DNA of 64,000 nucleotides from Candidatus Bathyarchaeota archaeon (GCA_963720565.1 CAVRFW010000001.1:1-64000), one strand, 5' to 3'. Positions 51,312 through 61,727 are shown, counted from the stretch's first letter. The notes: generated by a model from the letters alone, not told the origin. A program made the numbers and translations.

Positions 51312-52479
51312 GCTTGCCAACTTGTTTTGATTTTATTATCATGTCACATATTTCGCGGACGAATCCAGCGCCACCAAAATAGGACGAAACATAATGGCAC
51401 TTGGGCTTAATGCTTTCAACAGCGTTCTTTGGGCAGGCGGCAAATCCGACGCTTTCAATTAGGGGTAGGTCGCCCAAATCATCTCCACAATAAGCTATTT
51501 CTGCATCTTTCACGGCAAGTTTTCTTTTAAGAAGCCTGTAAATAGTCTCCTTGTTTTTCACACCAGTGTATACGTGTTTTATGTTCAGTTTTTTCATCCT
51601 CTCTTTGACTATTCCGGTTTCTTCTGAAGTTATCACTGCGATTTCTATTCCTGTCTGACGTAGCATTTCAATGCCCTTGCCATCTATTCTCGAGAATTTC
51701 AATAATTCTCCACCTTGCTCGTTAGCGTACACAGAACCGTCGGTGAATACGCCATCCACATCAAAAATTGCAAGCTTAATTTTCTGTAGATTAGGTGTGA
51801 ATAGAATTCTTTTTTGTGCTATGTAATCAACTAATTCGAAGTCGAACGGTGTGTCAATCTCGTACGACGCCCAGTCCGGCATAACGTATGTCATAATACG
51901 ACCGCCGAGTCTATTGTTCTCTTTGAGCAGAATTTCTTTTTTTGTTATGTATATTGACCCATTTTCTACAAGTTCCCATTGCTTATCCTGGCGTCTAGGT
52001 CGAGCTTGATAGTCGTAGTTTAGGGGTTGACCGTCACTTGACCAGAAAAAGGACCTGTTCTCTCGAACACTCAACAAAGAATCTCCTGAACTGGTGATCA
52101 GAAATTCTATGGCTTTATCTATGTCGTATGTTCTTCTAATGGGAGAAGTGGGTTGCAGGAGTACAATGTACTTTGGATCAATTCCTTCTTTGAGAAGTTG
52201 CTCTATTGTATTTATCAAAACGGGTTCAGTCGGCGTCGTATCCGTTGCCAATTCTCCTGGTCGCATCAGCACTTTTGCACCATACTTTTTGCTTATCTTG
52301 GCGATATCTGGGTCTTCTGTTGAAACAACAGTATAGTCAATGTAATGAGATGCTATGGATTGCTCTATTGAATAGGCAATTAGGGGTTTGTTCAAAAGCT
52401 GTCTAAGGTTCTTGCGAGGAATGCTTTTGCTACCGCCTCGTGCAGGAATAATCGAAACGATCAAGTTACCTTCATACAT
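51286..52479 (-). CDS. neuA: CMP-nonulosonic acid synthetase fused to a KdsC-like HAD phosphatase
   Basis: PARGGSKSIPRKN, QPTSP, ENGSIY, EIDTPFD, then FDVDGVFTD and GDDLGD. Confidence 0.88.
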   Translation of the reverse strand: MYEGNLIVSIIPARGGSKSIPRKNLRQLLNKPLIAYSIEQSIASHYIDYTVVSTEDPDIAKISKKYGAKVLMRPGELATDTTPTEPVLINTIEQLLKEGIDPKYIVLLQPTSPIRRTYDIDKAIEFLITSSGDSLLSVRENRSFFWSSDGQPLNYDYQARPRRQDKQWELVENGSIYITKKEILLKENNRLGGRIMTYVMPDWASYEIDTPFDFELVDYIAQKRILFTPNLQKIKLAIFDVDGVFTDGSVYANEQGGELLKFSRIDGKGIEMLRQTGIEIAVITSEETGIVKERMKKLNIKHVYTGVKNKETIYRLLKRKLAVKDAEIAYCGDDLGDLPLIESVGFAACPKNAVESIKPKCHYVSSYFGGAGFVREICDMIIKSKQVGKHDQDKNQE

Positions 52480-52849
52480 GGATGGCAAATCCAAAACATT
52501 TTTTTTGCTTAATTAAAAAACACGTATGTTGCTCGTTTGATTTGTAGTTGCTATTAGCGCATTCACATAACACATTTTCGAACTGATGCTGGTCGTTCAT
52601 TTTCTTTGCCAGTCTTTTCTTTGGTTCAAATTGACTTTCGGAAATGTAAATAGCAGCTTTGCAGGCGGAAACATGTTTTCTCCCTAACATCAGTATCACA
52701 CGATATAGAACGTATTTTGCGTTTAACTTTTTATGGCTTCTGTAGAAAGAGAACACATATAGATTGATTGACAAACTCTCTTCCGGTGTATCAGCCTCTC
52801 GCCACCCCCTACGTTCACCTTAATAAGGCGAAGGTGGATTCCATAATCT

Positions 52850-53626
52850 ATGGACCCAGAGATCAAGATTCTAAAATCAATTAACCCAGCTGAAGTAGTG
52901 TTGGTTTGTGGTCTGCCTGGAATGGCTTACGTTGGAAAAATACCGGTTGACTACATAATACAACAGCTCAAAGCTGAGTTAATTGGTGAAGTGTACTCCA
53001 AGCATTTTCCCCCTTATGTAATAATAAACAAAGATGGATTAGTCGAATTACTGAGAAACGAAATACACTGCCTTGAAGGCGATTCAGGGCGCTTCATCGT
53101 CTTCCTATCAGGTAACGCACAAGCTTTCTCGCCTGAAGGACAGTACGAAATGGTGGAGAAAGTGTTGGATTGGGCCATAGAGAAAAAGGTGAAGAGAGTC
53201 ATTTCGATTGCTGCTTTGGTGACGGACAGGCCATTCGAGAGCCCAAGCGTGTATTGTTCCACCACTTCTGTCAGCCTGCTAGAAGAAGCAAAAGAACTGG
53301 GCGTGCAACCTTTGGATCAGGGTATTATCGGTGGTGAAAACGGTTTAATCATAGGCCTCGCAAGAAAGAAAAACGTTGAAGGCATTTGCCTCCTCACTGA
53401 AACCCATGGTTACCAGACTCCGACCGGAGAATACGTAATGGATCCCAGAACAGCACCTGCCACGCTAAACATTCTAACCAAATTACTAAATTTGAAGGTA
53501 GATATGGAACCCATGGAGAAAAGGATCACTCAAATGGACGAGGCCTTTGCGAAGATGGCTGAGTTCGATAGGCGAGTGCGAGAAGAAATACAGCAAACAA
53601 GCAAAAAACCAAGCTACGTAACCTAA
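52850..53626 (+). CDS. PAC2-family proteasome assembly chaperone-like protein
   Basis: GLPGMAYVGK, IIGGENGL, C-terminal SYVT. Confidence 0.85.
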   Translation: MDPEIKILKSINPAEVVLVCGLPGMAYVGKIPVDYIIQQLKAELIGEVYSKHFPPYVIINKDGLVELLRNEIHCLEGDSGRFIVFLSGNAQAFSPEGQYEMVEKVLDWAIEKKVKRVISIAALVTDRPFESPSVYCSTTSVSLLEEAKELGVQPLDQGIIGGENGLIIGLARKKNVEGICLLTETHGYQTPTGEYVMDPRTAPATLNILTKLLNLKVDMEPMEKRITQMDEAFAKMAEFDRRVREEIQQTSKKPSYVT

Positions 53627-53642
53627 GGATGAGAACGCTCTC

Positions 53643-54332
53643 ATGGAAAGCGAGCAAGACACATGGATAAGACGTTATAAGAGGGTTGAGATAGCTGAGC
53701 CAGTGGCTATTGTTGGATCACCTGGCTTGCGATCCATCGGCAAGCTGGTGGTTGAGAGCATCATCGCCGAAACTGAAGCACTGTTAATCGCCGAACTTTT
53801 TTCGACGCATCTACCCTCTGTCTATGAGACTTCACCTTCTTACGCGGCTAATCCATTATACCCCGGCTTCGCCGGTGCCATTGTAAAATCAGCGGAAGCG
53901 GATCTGCCTAAAATTCAGTTTTACGCCTGTTCAAAACCTGATTTGATTCTTGTTGCCGGGTATCACCCAAACTTTGAAGGACAGTACGAAGTTGCTGAAA
54001 AAGTCGTTGATTTTCTTAGCGAAAACAATGTCAAAAGAATGATTGTGGCAGCCGGATATGGTTCAAATATTAAGAGCGTGGTCTGTGCTGCTAACAATTC
54101 CAAAATCATCAGTGAAATGAAAGAAAAATTCGGCATCGAAACCGGATATGAAGGACCGTTCATGGGCTTTTCAGGATTAGTCTTCGGTCTTGCCAAGCGC
54201 AAAAAAATTGACGCTCTGTGCCTTTTTGCGTCAACTACGCCAACAGAAAATGACCTCGAGTTACCCGACAAAGAGGCTTCGGATAGAATTTTGGAAAATC
54301 TGAGGAAAATGGTAAAGTTGAACCATAACTAA
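53643..54332 (+). CDS. PAC2-family protein (second paralog)
   Basis: GSPGLRSIGK, GQYEVAEKVVD, GFSGLVFGLA. Confidence 0.82.
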   Translation: MESEQDTWIRRYKRVEIAEPVAIVGSPGLRSIGKLVVESIIAETEALLIAELFSTHLPSVYETSPSYAANPLYPGFAGAIVKSAEADLPKIQFYACSKPDLILVAGYHPNFEGQYEVAEKVVDFLSENNVKRMIVAAGYGSNIKSVVCAANNSKIISEMKEKFGIETGYEGPFMGFSGLVFGLAKRKKIDALCLFASTTPTENDLELPDKEASDRILENLRKMVKLNHN

Positions 54333-54366
54333 TACACACTAAAGAAATGGACGCTAGTCACTTTTT

Positions 54367-54927
54367 TTACCGAGCAGATCGGGTGGATCCTTTTTTGATG
54401 TGCTCCTTTACGAGTTGAAGGAGTTGCTCTCCTTCTGTTGAAAGATGGATTATTGGAATTCCAAGTTCGGATTTTGGAGGATTGAGATCGGCAATAATAC
54501 CTGTAATCGCAATTATTGGTTCGACGGTTTGTTCTAGCGTGCTCCTTAGATTAGCTTCATCCTTAGCGGTTACTATTTTTAGCACGTCTGCTCTCTTTGC
54601 TATGAGACTGTGAAATCCTTCAATAAAGATTATGTCAAGTTTTTCTCGCTTCAGCAGCTCAATAACTTGGTCTAAATCATCTAGTGCATTGTCAGTTTTT
54701 TTAATCACCGCGATTTCTTCTGGCGAGATTGCAACTACTATTTTTGATCCTGCTTTGGCGTATCTCCACGTGTTTGTGCCTTCTTTGTCTATTGTGAAGC
54801 CTTCGCGGTGTATGTGTTTTATTGCCCCGATTTTGTAGCCTTCAACGGAGAGATGGTTAATCAGGTATTCTAGCGTTGTTGTTTTTCCCGAGCCGCTGGT
54901 TCCAACTGCAGCGATAACAAAAACCAA
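54367..54927 (-). CDS. mobB: Molybdopterin-guanine dinucleotide biosynthesis protein B
   Basis: GTSGSGKTT, IKH, DKEGTNTWRY..AG, IEGF. Confidence 0.9.
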   Translation of the reverse strand: MVFVIAAVGTSGSGKTTTLEYLINHLSVEGYKIGAIKHIHREGFTIDKEGTNTWRYAKAGSKIVVAISPEEIAVIKKTDNALDDLDQVIELLKREKLDIIFIEGFHSLIAKRADVLKIVTAKDEANLRSTLEQTVEPIIAITGIIADLNPPKSELGIPIIHLSTEGEQLLQLVKEHIKKGSTRSAR

Positions 54928-55039
54928 TTAAGTGTCCTCCAAAAAAGAAACAGTTTAGTCAGGATTAATAAACACCGCCACTTACCTGGTTATTTTACTC
55001 TGGAAAAACCTCTGTTGTGTCTACTCTGCACGTCCGGCA

Positions 55040-56098
55040 TCATTGCTCAGAGAGTCTGCCCACGAGTTTTTCGCACCAGATCCTGTTCGATCTTGCACGT
55101 TCAGCTAGGAAAACTTGGGAGTTTTTCTCATACACTTCAGCTTCGAAGCCATAGTTAGCGGCTGCTCTCAATAGAGCTTTTTTTGCTCTTAATGCTTGGC
55201 TTGCCTCTTGTTCTGTCTTCATCTGTTGGACACCTTTCAGCAGTGTTTTGCCTTCGTTTTCTCGACTTATAGCTATCCAGAAGAATAAACTGTCAGCCTC
55301 CAAGTTTTCTGCACATGAAGCGAAGGCTCGTGATGCGTTGTAGATTTCACCTTTCTCAGCCAGCACGGCGGCATCCCTCAGGCTTCTTAATTCCTCTGCT
55401 GGAAAAGTGCCCGAGTTTAGCCGCATGTTTCCAGTTGCAGCCCCTTGAACGTGGCGAGGTTGTAACCGAGCTAAATCCTCGCGTGAGTTTATGTTTACAA
55501 AGCTTCTGAGTTCAGGATCAAACGTTTTAATCTCGGCGACCGTGGAAATAAACAAGACATCAAGTGCGCCTCGTATTATGCTATCAGACCGTGGTACACT
55601 CAGATTGCACAGTGTGCTCGCAATTTCAAGAGCACTTTTCCTTTCGAGAGCCATGAGGAGCGTCTCCAGTCTCCCGTTTGGCCACATTGGGACAACCACG
55701 CGTGTGCCCTTCACCGTATTTAGCATGTATTCTATAACCTTGGGTTGTACGAACGGCATGTCGCATGGAAGTGTAAGGCAATAGTCTGCTTCTGCTAGTT
55801 TCAATCCTGTGTAAATTGCAACGAGAGGTCCACCCAACTGGCCAATTTTCTCATCTACGAGTAGTCTGACATTTTGCAGATGATGCTTTCTCAAAATCTC
55901 AGAATATTGCGCTTTTCTGGTCTCATTGTCTACACTTATCACAATTTCGTCTACGAGGTTTTGAACGTTCTTAACAGCATGAATTAGAAGAGGCTTGCCA
56001 GATAGTTGAATAAGGGCTTTGTCTTGCCACTTTTGCTGTTCGCTTTGGAACCTGCTTGCCTTACCTCCTGCAAGGATAATGGCTGCTCGCTTGGTCAT
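55040..56098 (-). CDS. mobA: Molybdenum cofactor guanylyltransferase with C-terminal helical extension
   Basis: ILAGGKASRF..DKAL, GPL, CDMPF, FVNINSREDL. Confidence 0.88.
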   Translation of the reverse strand: MTKRAAIILAGGKASRFQSEQQKWQDKALIQLSGKPLLIHAVKNVQNLVDEIVISVDNETRKAQYSEILRKHHLQNVRLLVDEKIGQLGGPLVAIYTGLKLAEADYCLTLPCDMPFVQPKVIEYMLNTVKGTRVVVPMWPNGRLETLLMALERKSALEIASTLCNLSVPRSDSIIRGALDVLFISTVAEIKTFDPELRSFVNINSREDLARLQPRHVQGAATGNMRLNSGTFPAEELRSLRDAAVLAEKGEIYNASRAFASCAENLEADSLFFWIAISRENEGKTLLKGVQQMKTEQEASQALRAKKALLRAAANYGFEAEVYEKNSQVFLAERARSNRIWCEKLVGRLSEQ

Positions 56099-56376
56099 CG
56101 TTACTACCTTTTATCAGCGCAGCAAACGCTTTCTTCTGTTGGTCAATAGAGTCCTATGTACAATTTATTTGAATTGTCTCTGAGTCTTTCTTTTTCCCTT
56201 GAACAGCGAGAGTCGTTGTGAAACGGGAGAGGCGAGTGTGAATTATTTATCGGAAGATAAATTGGAAAAGCTTGGTCAAGAAGCACAACATACTTTTCAC
56301 AGCCAAATCACCACAGGATTGGATATTGTGTAATGTTAATTAGGTTCAGAACCAAAGAAACAAGGTAAGTGAGACT

Positions 56377-57165
56377 GTGGTGCTTCAAGTCAATATCGTG
56401 AAATTAGATCTTCCCACAAGAAAGGCTCAAAAGACTGTCGATTATGTAGCTGAAGAAAAGCCATTTTACTTATTCGTTAACACAACTTTCTGGGCATCTA
56501 TTCTGTGTTCGCCGACCGATCTTAAGGAATTGGCAGTCGGGCATCTTCTAGATGAAGGAGTAATTAATTCCATAGAAGAAATCGCAGAGGTTATTTTGAA
56601 AGAAACTGAGAGCGCCTGCACTGTGAAGTTGAGAAGTGAGGTTGATGTTGAAAATCGTGTCAGGCTTTCTAGGCTTCATACCCGTGTTATTACTTCGGCT
56701 TGTGGAGAGAGTTCACCTTATCAGTACGTAGGCATAACCCCCAGAGTAACGTCGAATCTAAGAGTTGATGCGCAGGTCATATTTGACAGCGTCAACCAGC
56801 TTAACTTTAAGGCTGAAGGATTCAGGCAGACTGGAGGTCTTCATTCTGCGGCGATTTACAGGAGTGACGGTTCTCTTATGGCGTTAGCTGAGGATGTAGG
56901 CAGGCATAATGCAGTGGACAAAGTGATAGGAAAAGCCGCCTTAAACAAGGTTAATTTCAAAGAGTGCTTCATAGCGTTGAGCGGTCGCATGTCAGGTGAT
57001 GTCGCTTTCAAGGCGGCAAAAGTGGGTTTGCCAATTGTAGCCTCAATTGCAGCGGCACTATCTTCGGGATTAGTGTTGGCTGAAGCGGCAAACCTTACGC
57101 TAGTCGGATTTGTTCGGGGCAAGCGCATGAACATCTACACATGTGTGGAAAGAATAGTCATTTGA
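56377..57165 (+). CDS. fdhD: Sulfur carrier/formate dehydrogenase accessory protein FdhD
   Basis: SACG, TGGLHSAA, EDVGRHNAVDKVIG, GFVRG. Confidence 0.92.
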   Translation: MVLQVNIVKLDLPTRKAQKTVDYVAEEKPFYLFVNTTFWASILCSPTDLKELAVGHLLDEGVINSIEEIAEVILKETESACTVKLRSEVDVENRVRLSRLHTRVITSACGESSPYQYVGITPRVTSNLRVDAQVIFDSVNQLNFKAEGFRQTGGLHSAAIYRSDGSLMALAEDVGRHNAVDKVIGKAALNKVNFKECFIALSGRMSGDVAFKAAKVGLPIVASIAAALSSGLVLAEAANLTLVGFVRGKRMNIYTCVERIVI

Positions 57166-57329
57166 CAGGCGATCTGGGATTGCAGACAAGCGGTTTATCT
57201 CGAAATTTTTTCGAGATATGACGGTTGAATGTATAGTGTTTGTGCTTCTGGAATGTTATTTTTGAGGTTAAAATCGCGGATTTTCAAACTTACTCTTAAA
57301 TATTAGCATTTTAATTCGTATTACAAAGG

Positions 57330-57740
57330 TTGGACCTCATGGTGCAGCAAAAGTTGCAGGTAACCTTGCTTACTGGAAGAACAATTGAGCAGGGTGTAGG
57401 CAAAGAAGCAGGAAAAGGCTCGAAGGAATATTTTGAGAGCACTACGATGTGTTACATGGACGCAAGTGACATGAAAAAGATGGGTATTAAGAACAATACC
57501 AACATACTTGTGACCACTGCGAACGGTTCTGTTGTGCTTAAAGCTGTCAAATACCCCAGAGGCGCTATGCCGGGTTTGATCTACATTCCTTATGGACCTT
57601 GGGCTAACGCGATCTGTAGTAGCGAGACCAACGGAATCGGAATGCCATCGTTTAAGGGCAACCCTGCCGAGGTTGAACCAGCCCCCGACCAGAACGTCCT
57701 AAGCATGGAAGAACTTCTTAGAAGCGAGTTTGGAAGGTAG
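57330..57740 (+). CDS. fwdD: Formylmethanofuran dehydrogenase subunit D
   Basis: LLTGRTIEQG, IPYGPWAN, GMPSFKG. Confidence 0.92.
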   Translation: MDLMVQQKLQVTLLTGRTIEQGVGKEAGKGSKEYFESTTMCYMDASDMKKMGIKNNTNILVTTANGSVVLKAVKYPRGAMPGLIYIPYGPWANAICSSETNGIGMPSFKGNPAEVEPAPDQNVLSMEELLRSEFGR

Positions 57741-57745
57741 AAATA

Positions 57746-59209
57746 ATGGCAATAGTTAATTTCGTAACTTGTCCAGTCTGCGGTTGTTTATGCGACGATA
57801 TTGAACTAACCATCGAGGAAGGAAAAGTCGTCAAGGTGAAAAATGGTTGCGCTATGTGTGAGTCGAAATTCCTAGGATACAAGAACGAACACCGGAACAA
57901 GACACCATTAATGCGTAAGGAGGGCAAGTTAGTTCCTGTTTCGTATGAAGAGGCGATACATAAATCCGCGGAGATTCTTGCCAATGCCAACTATCCTATT
58001 TTGTATGGTTGGAGTTCCACTGACTGCGAAGCTCAACGTGTCGGCGTTGAGCTAGCGGAAGAAGTAGGAGGGGTTCTCGATAACACATCTTTGGTCTGCC
58101 ATGGGCCTTCAATCTTGGCCGTCCAAGAAGTAGGCATCCCAACATGTACGTTGGGGCAGATTCGGCACCGCGCCGACTTAATAATCTATTGGGGATGTGA
58201 CCCATGGAGTGCACATCCAAGGCATCTTGAGCGTTACACGAGCTTCACAGACGGCAGGTTTGAAGGAAGCGAATGGAAAAGCTACATTAACAAAGTTAAG
58301 GCTTCAGCTGGAAAAAAGAAACTGCACAGCCTTGAAAGGAAAGGCGTATTGAAACACCCTGTGGAAATCGTAGCTGAGACTTCACAGGTAAACAAGCCTC
58401 CAGAGACATTAAGCAAGAAAGGGCGAAAGCTGATAGTTATCGACGTAAGAAAAACGATGACGGGAGAAATTGCTGATTACTTCATGCAAGTTGAACAGGG
58501 TAAAGACTACGAGTTGATGCTGGCCATTCGGGCTTTAGTCAAAGACCAAGAGCTGGATGTTGACCAAGTTGCGGGCGTTCCAGTAGAATACATACAAGAG
58601 CTGGTCGATGCAATGTTAAATTGCGATTTCGGTGTTATCTTTTTCGGCATGGGACTAACCCAAAGCGCCGGCAAGTTCCGCAATGTAGATGTCGCCATAT
58701 CATTGATTCGGGACTTAAACAAACGAACGAAATTTGCTATACTACCGATGAGAGGACACTTTAACGTGACTGGTGCAGACACAGTGTCAACTTGGCAGAC
58801 CGGTTATCCGTATGCAGTTGACATGTCTCTTGGTTACCCACGTTACAATCCCGGCGAAACCAGTGTTACGGATATCTTGCTTCGAAAAGAGTCAGACGCT
58901 GCCCTGGTGATTGCTTCAGACCCAGGCAGCAATTTTCCACGCGAAGCAGTTAAGCAGCTAGTTGCTAACCCGCTTATTGTCATTGACCCACACATGAATG
59001 TTACAGCTCTATTAGGTGACGTTGTTTTTCCTTCGGCAATTGTGGGAATAGAAAAAGCGGGAAGCGCATACCGCATGGATCATGTTCCTCTCCCTCTTAA
59101 GAAGGTAGTTGAGCCTCCCGAAGGGATGCTTTCGGACGAGGAAGTCTTGTTAAGGATTCTTGAAGAAGTCAGATTGATAAAGGCACAGAAAATGAGAGAG
59201 GCAGCGTAA
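57746..59209 (+). CDS. fwdB: Formylmethanofuran dehydrogenase subunit B (Cys ligand)
   Basis: CPVCGCLCDDI, VCHGPS, MRGHFNV, RYNPGET, YRMD. Confidence 0.94.
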   Translation: MAIVNFVTCPVCGCLCDDIELTIEEGKVVKVKNGCAMCESKFLGYKNEHRNKTPLMRKEGKLVPVSYEEAIHKSAEILANANYPILYGWSSTDCEAQRVGVELAEEVGGVLDNTSLVCHGPSILAVQEVGIPTCTLGQIRHRADLIIYWGCDPWSAHPRHLERYTSFTDGRFEGSEWKSYINKVKASAGKKKLHSLERKGVLKHPVEIVAETSQVNKPPETLSKKGRKLIVIDVRKTMTGEIADYFMQVEQGKDYELMLAIRALVKDQELDVDQVAGVPVEYIQELVDAMLNCDFGVIFFGMGLTQSAGKFRNVDVAISLIRDLNKRTKFAILPMRGHFNVTGADTVSTWQTGYPYAVDMSLGYPRYNPGETSVTDILLRKESDAALVIASDPGSNFPREAVKQLVANPLIVIDPHMNVTALLGDVVFPSAIVGIEKAGSAYRMDHVPLPLKKVVEPPEGMLSDEEVLLRILEEVRLIKAQKMREAA

Positions 59210-59210
59210 A

Positions 59211-60902
59211 ATGGAATTGCTAATTAGGAATGGATTCGTCTTCGATCCAATAAACGGCATAAATGGAGAAAAGATGGATATTGCCATAAAAAATGGCAAG
59301 ATCGTTGAGAAGGTAAATGAACACAAGGCCAAAAAGCTGGATGCTACGGGATTGACGGTGATGCCCGGCGGCGTCGACATTCACACTCACATAGCAGGAG
59401 CAGAAGTCAACACTGGCAGATTAATGCGACCAGAAGATCACATAAAAGACACGGAACGCAAGACGACTCTAACAAGGTCTGGTGTGGGATATTCAATTCC
59501 GTCAACATTCACTACAGGTTATCGTTACTCGCGCATGGGCTACACCACTATTATGAACCCGTCTATGCCGCCTCTGGAAGCTAAGCACACGCATGAAGAA
59601 TTAAGTGACACACCCATGCTGGATAAAGCCACCTATCCTCTGCTGGGAGACTGGTGGATGGTTCTGGAGTACTTGGCAAAAGGCGATTTGACCGAATGCG
59701 CAAAATACGTGGCTTGGATGATAGGCATATCAAAGGGTTACGCAATAAAGATTGTTAATCCTGGCGGACTAGAGTCGTGGGGTTTCGGAAGGAACGTTCA
59801 CAGCATAGATGATCAGGTTCCCAACTTCGGGATTACACCAAGAGAGATAATGTGTGGTTTGGCAAAAGTCAACAAGATGCTGAATTTGCCGCACACTATT
59901 CATCTTCACACTAACAACCTCGGTTTACCGGGAAACTATGCCACTACTCTTGATACGATGAGGGCTCTGGAAAGTGTGCCTTCAGATGGAAAACCGGTTG
60001 CTCACATAACTCATTTGCAGTTTAGCAGTTTCGCAGGCGATGGATGGGGAAACATGAGGTCTGGAGCTGAGGAAATCTCAAGCTACATAAACGCTCACAG
60101 CCACATGACATTTGACATGGGGCAAGTCATTTTTACAGACACAACTACCATGACTGCGGATGGTCCTTTTGAATACACACTTTATGAGCTGAGTGGACAC
60201 AAATGGGTTAACGGAGACGTGGAGACGGAAACAAGCGGAGGCATCATACCGTTTCATTACAAACGCAACAATGCTGTTAACGCTACGCAATGGTCTATAG
60301 CTTTGGAGCTTGCCCTGATGATTAATGACCCCTGGAAAATGTTCCTAACCACAGATCACCCCAATGGTGGACCATTCTTTGCTTATCCGAAGATTATTGC
60401 TTGGTTAATTAGCAATAAAGCGCGCATGGCAACGCTGAACAAATGTCACAAGAAAGCGCAGAAGAAAAGTCTTCTTCCTTCCATTAAGCGTGAATTGAGC
60501 CTTTACGAATTGGCTATAGTAACTCGGGCTGGGCAAGCAAAGGCTTTGGGACTAACGCACAAGGGACACTTGGGTGTTGGCGCCGATGCAGACGTTGCCA
60601 TATATAACGTGAACCCTGAGGATACGGATATAGCTCGGAAATACAAAACGGTGCGAAAGGCCTTCCGCAACTCTGCTTACACGATTAAGGACGGAAAGGT
60701 TGTTGTGAAGGATGGAGAGATAATTCAGCATGTTGACGGTAGAACGATGTGGCTTGACGTGCAGACTTCAGAACAGATAAAGGTTGACGAAGAGTTAAAA
60801 AGAAGGTTTAAGGAATACTGGACGGTTGAATTCGAAAACTACCCTGTCAGCACCCATTACTTGAAAGCTTCAGATCCAATAACAATAAAGGCAGATGTGT
60901 AA
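59211..60902 (+). CDS. fwdA: Formylmethanofuran dehydrogenase subunit A
   Basis: GGVDIHTHIAG, KIVNPGG, HLHTNNLG, TDHPNGG. Confidence 0.95.
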   Translation: MELLIRNGFVFDPINGINGEKMDIAIKNGKIVEKVNEHKAKKLDATGLTVMPGGVDIHTHIAGAEVNTGRLMRPEDHIKDTERKTTLTRSGVGYSIPSTFTTGYRYSRMGYTTIMNPSMPPLEAKHTHEELSDTPMLDKATYPLLGDWWMVLEYLAKGDLTECAKYVAWMIGISKGYAIKIVNPGGLESWGFGRNVHSIDDQVPNFGITPREIMCGLAKVNKMLNLPHTIHLHTNNLGLPGNYATTLDTMRALESVPSDGKPVAHITHLQFSSFAGDGWGNMRSGAEEISSYINAHSHMTFDMGQVIFTDTTTMTADGPFEYTLYELSGHKWVNGDVETETSGGIIPFHYKRNNAVNATQWSIALELALMINDPWKMFLTTDHPNGGPFFAYPKIIAWLISNKARMATLNKCHKKAQKKSLLPSIKRELSLYELAIVTRAGQAKALGLTHKGHLGVGADADVAIYNVNPEDTDIARKYKTVRKAFRNSAYTIKDGKVVVKDGEIIQHVDGRTMWLDVQTSEQIKVDEELKRRFKEYWTVEFENYPVSTHYLKASDPITIKADV

Positions 60903-61716
60903 CATGATAACCCTAACGCCTGCTAAAGAATTCAAGTTCCCAGTAATAGCAGAATGCATCAACCCTGATGTTTTTCAATGCAAATCTGCTAAGGAAATAT
61001 CTGAACTAAGCGTTTGGGAAGGGAACAAAGAGAAGAAGCTTGCTGATCTTTTCAAGATTGAGGAGACACCTGAGGAAACACCGAACATAACCATAAGCGG
61101 CAATGTGGAAAAGGTTCGCCATATAGGTTCAGGTATGAAAAACGGCGAAATACTGATCAACGGAAACGTGGGATTCCACTTAGGAGAAAAAATGTCTGGC
61201 GGAAAGATTACCGTACACGGTGACGCAGCTGGATGGATAGGCTCCGACATGAAAAAAGGCCTCATTGAAATCATGGGAAACGCAGGGCCCTATCTGGGTT
61301 CACCCAATCGAGGAAGCAGTACAGGGATGCGCGGAGGAAAAATAATTGTTCATGGAAACGTGGGATCCGACTCTGCAGTCTATATGAAAGGCGGTACAAT
61401 CAAGATTCTAGGTGATGCAGGTCCATTTCTGGGTTTTCGCATGTGTGATGGTACTGTGCATGTAGCTAAAAACTCTGGAACACGAGTTGGAGCTTGTATG
61501 TCAGGAGGCAAAATCGTGGTATCAGGGGTCTTAGAAGAAGTGTTACCTACTTTCACTATTGACAGCATAAAAGCTAAGGTCAAGATTGAAGAGGGCGATT
61601 CCGCATCAGGACCATTCTATGTATTCCTTGGCGATTTAGCTGAGAATGGCAGGGGCAAACTCTTCATTTCAAAAACGAACAATCCCCAATTAATCCCATA
61701 TGAGCGATTCCTATAG
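60895..61716 (+). CDS. fwdC: Formylmethanofuran dehydrogenase subunit C
   Basis: GxxMxxG beta-helix repeats, GDLAENGRGKL. Confidence 0.93.
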   Translation: MCNMITLTPAKEFKFPVIAECINPDVFQCKSAKEISELSVWEGNKEKKLADLFKIEETPEETPNITISGNVEKVRHIGSGMKNGEILINGNVGFHLGEKMSGGKITVHGDAAGWIGSDMKKGLIEIMGNAGPYLGSPNRGSSTGMRGGKIIVHGNVGSDSAVYMKGGTIKILGDAGPFLGFRMCDGTVHVAKNSGTRVGACMSGGKIVVSGVLEEVLPTFTIDSIKAKVKIEEGDSASGPFYVFLGDLAENGRGKLFISKTNNPQLIPYERFL

Positions 61717-61727
61717 GTCGTGGCGCC

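Noticed and set aside
52472..52774. 100-aa ORF upstream of neuA
   Set aside because: No motif and an unusual composition; probably promoter or intergenic DNA.
57746..59209. Selenocysteine-containing FwdB
   Set aside because: The ligand position is a Cys codon (VCHGPS) and the frame has no internal TGA.
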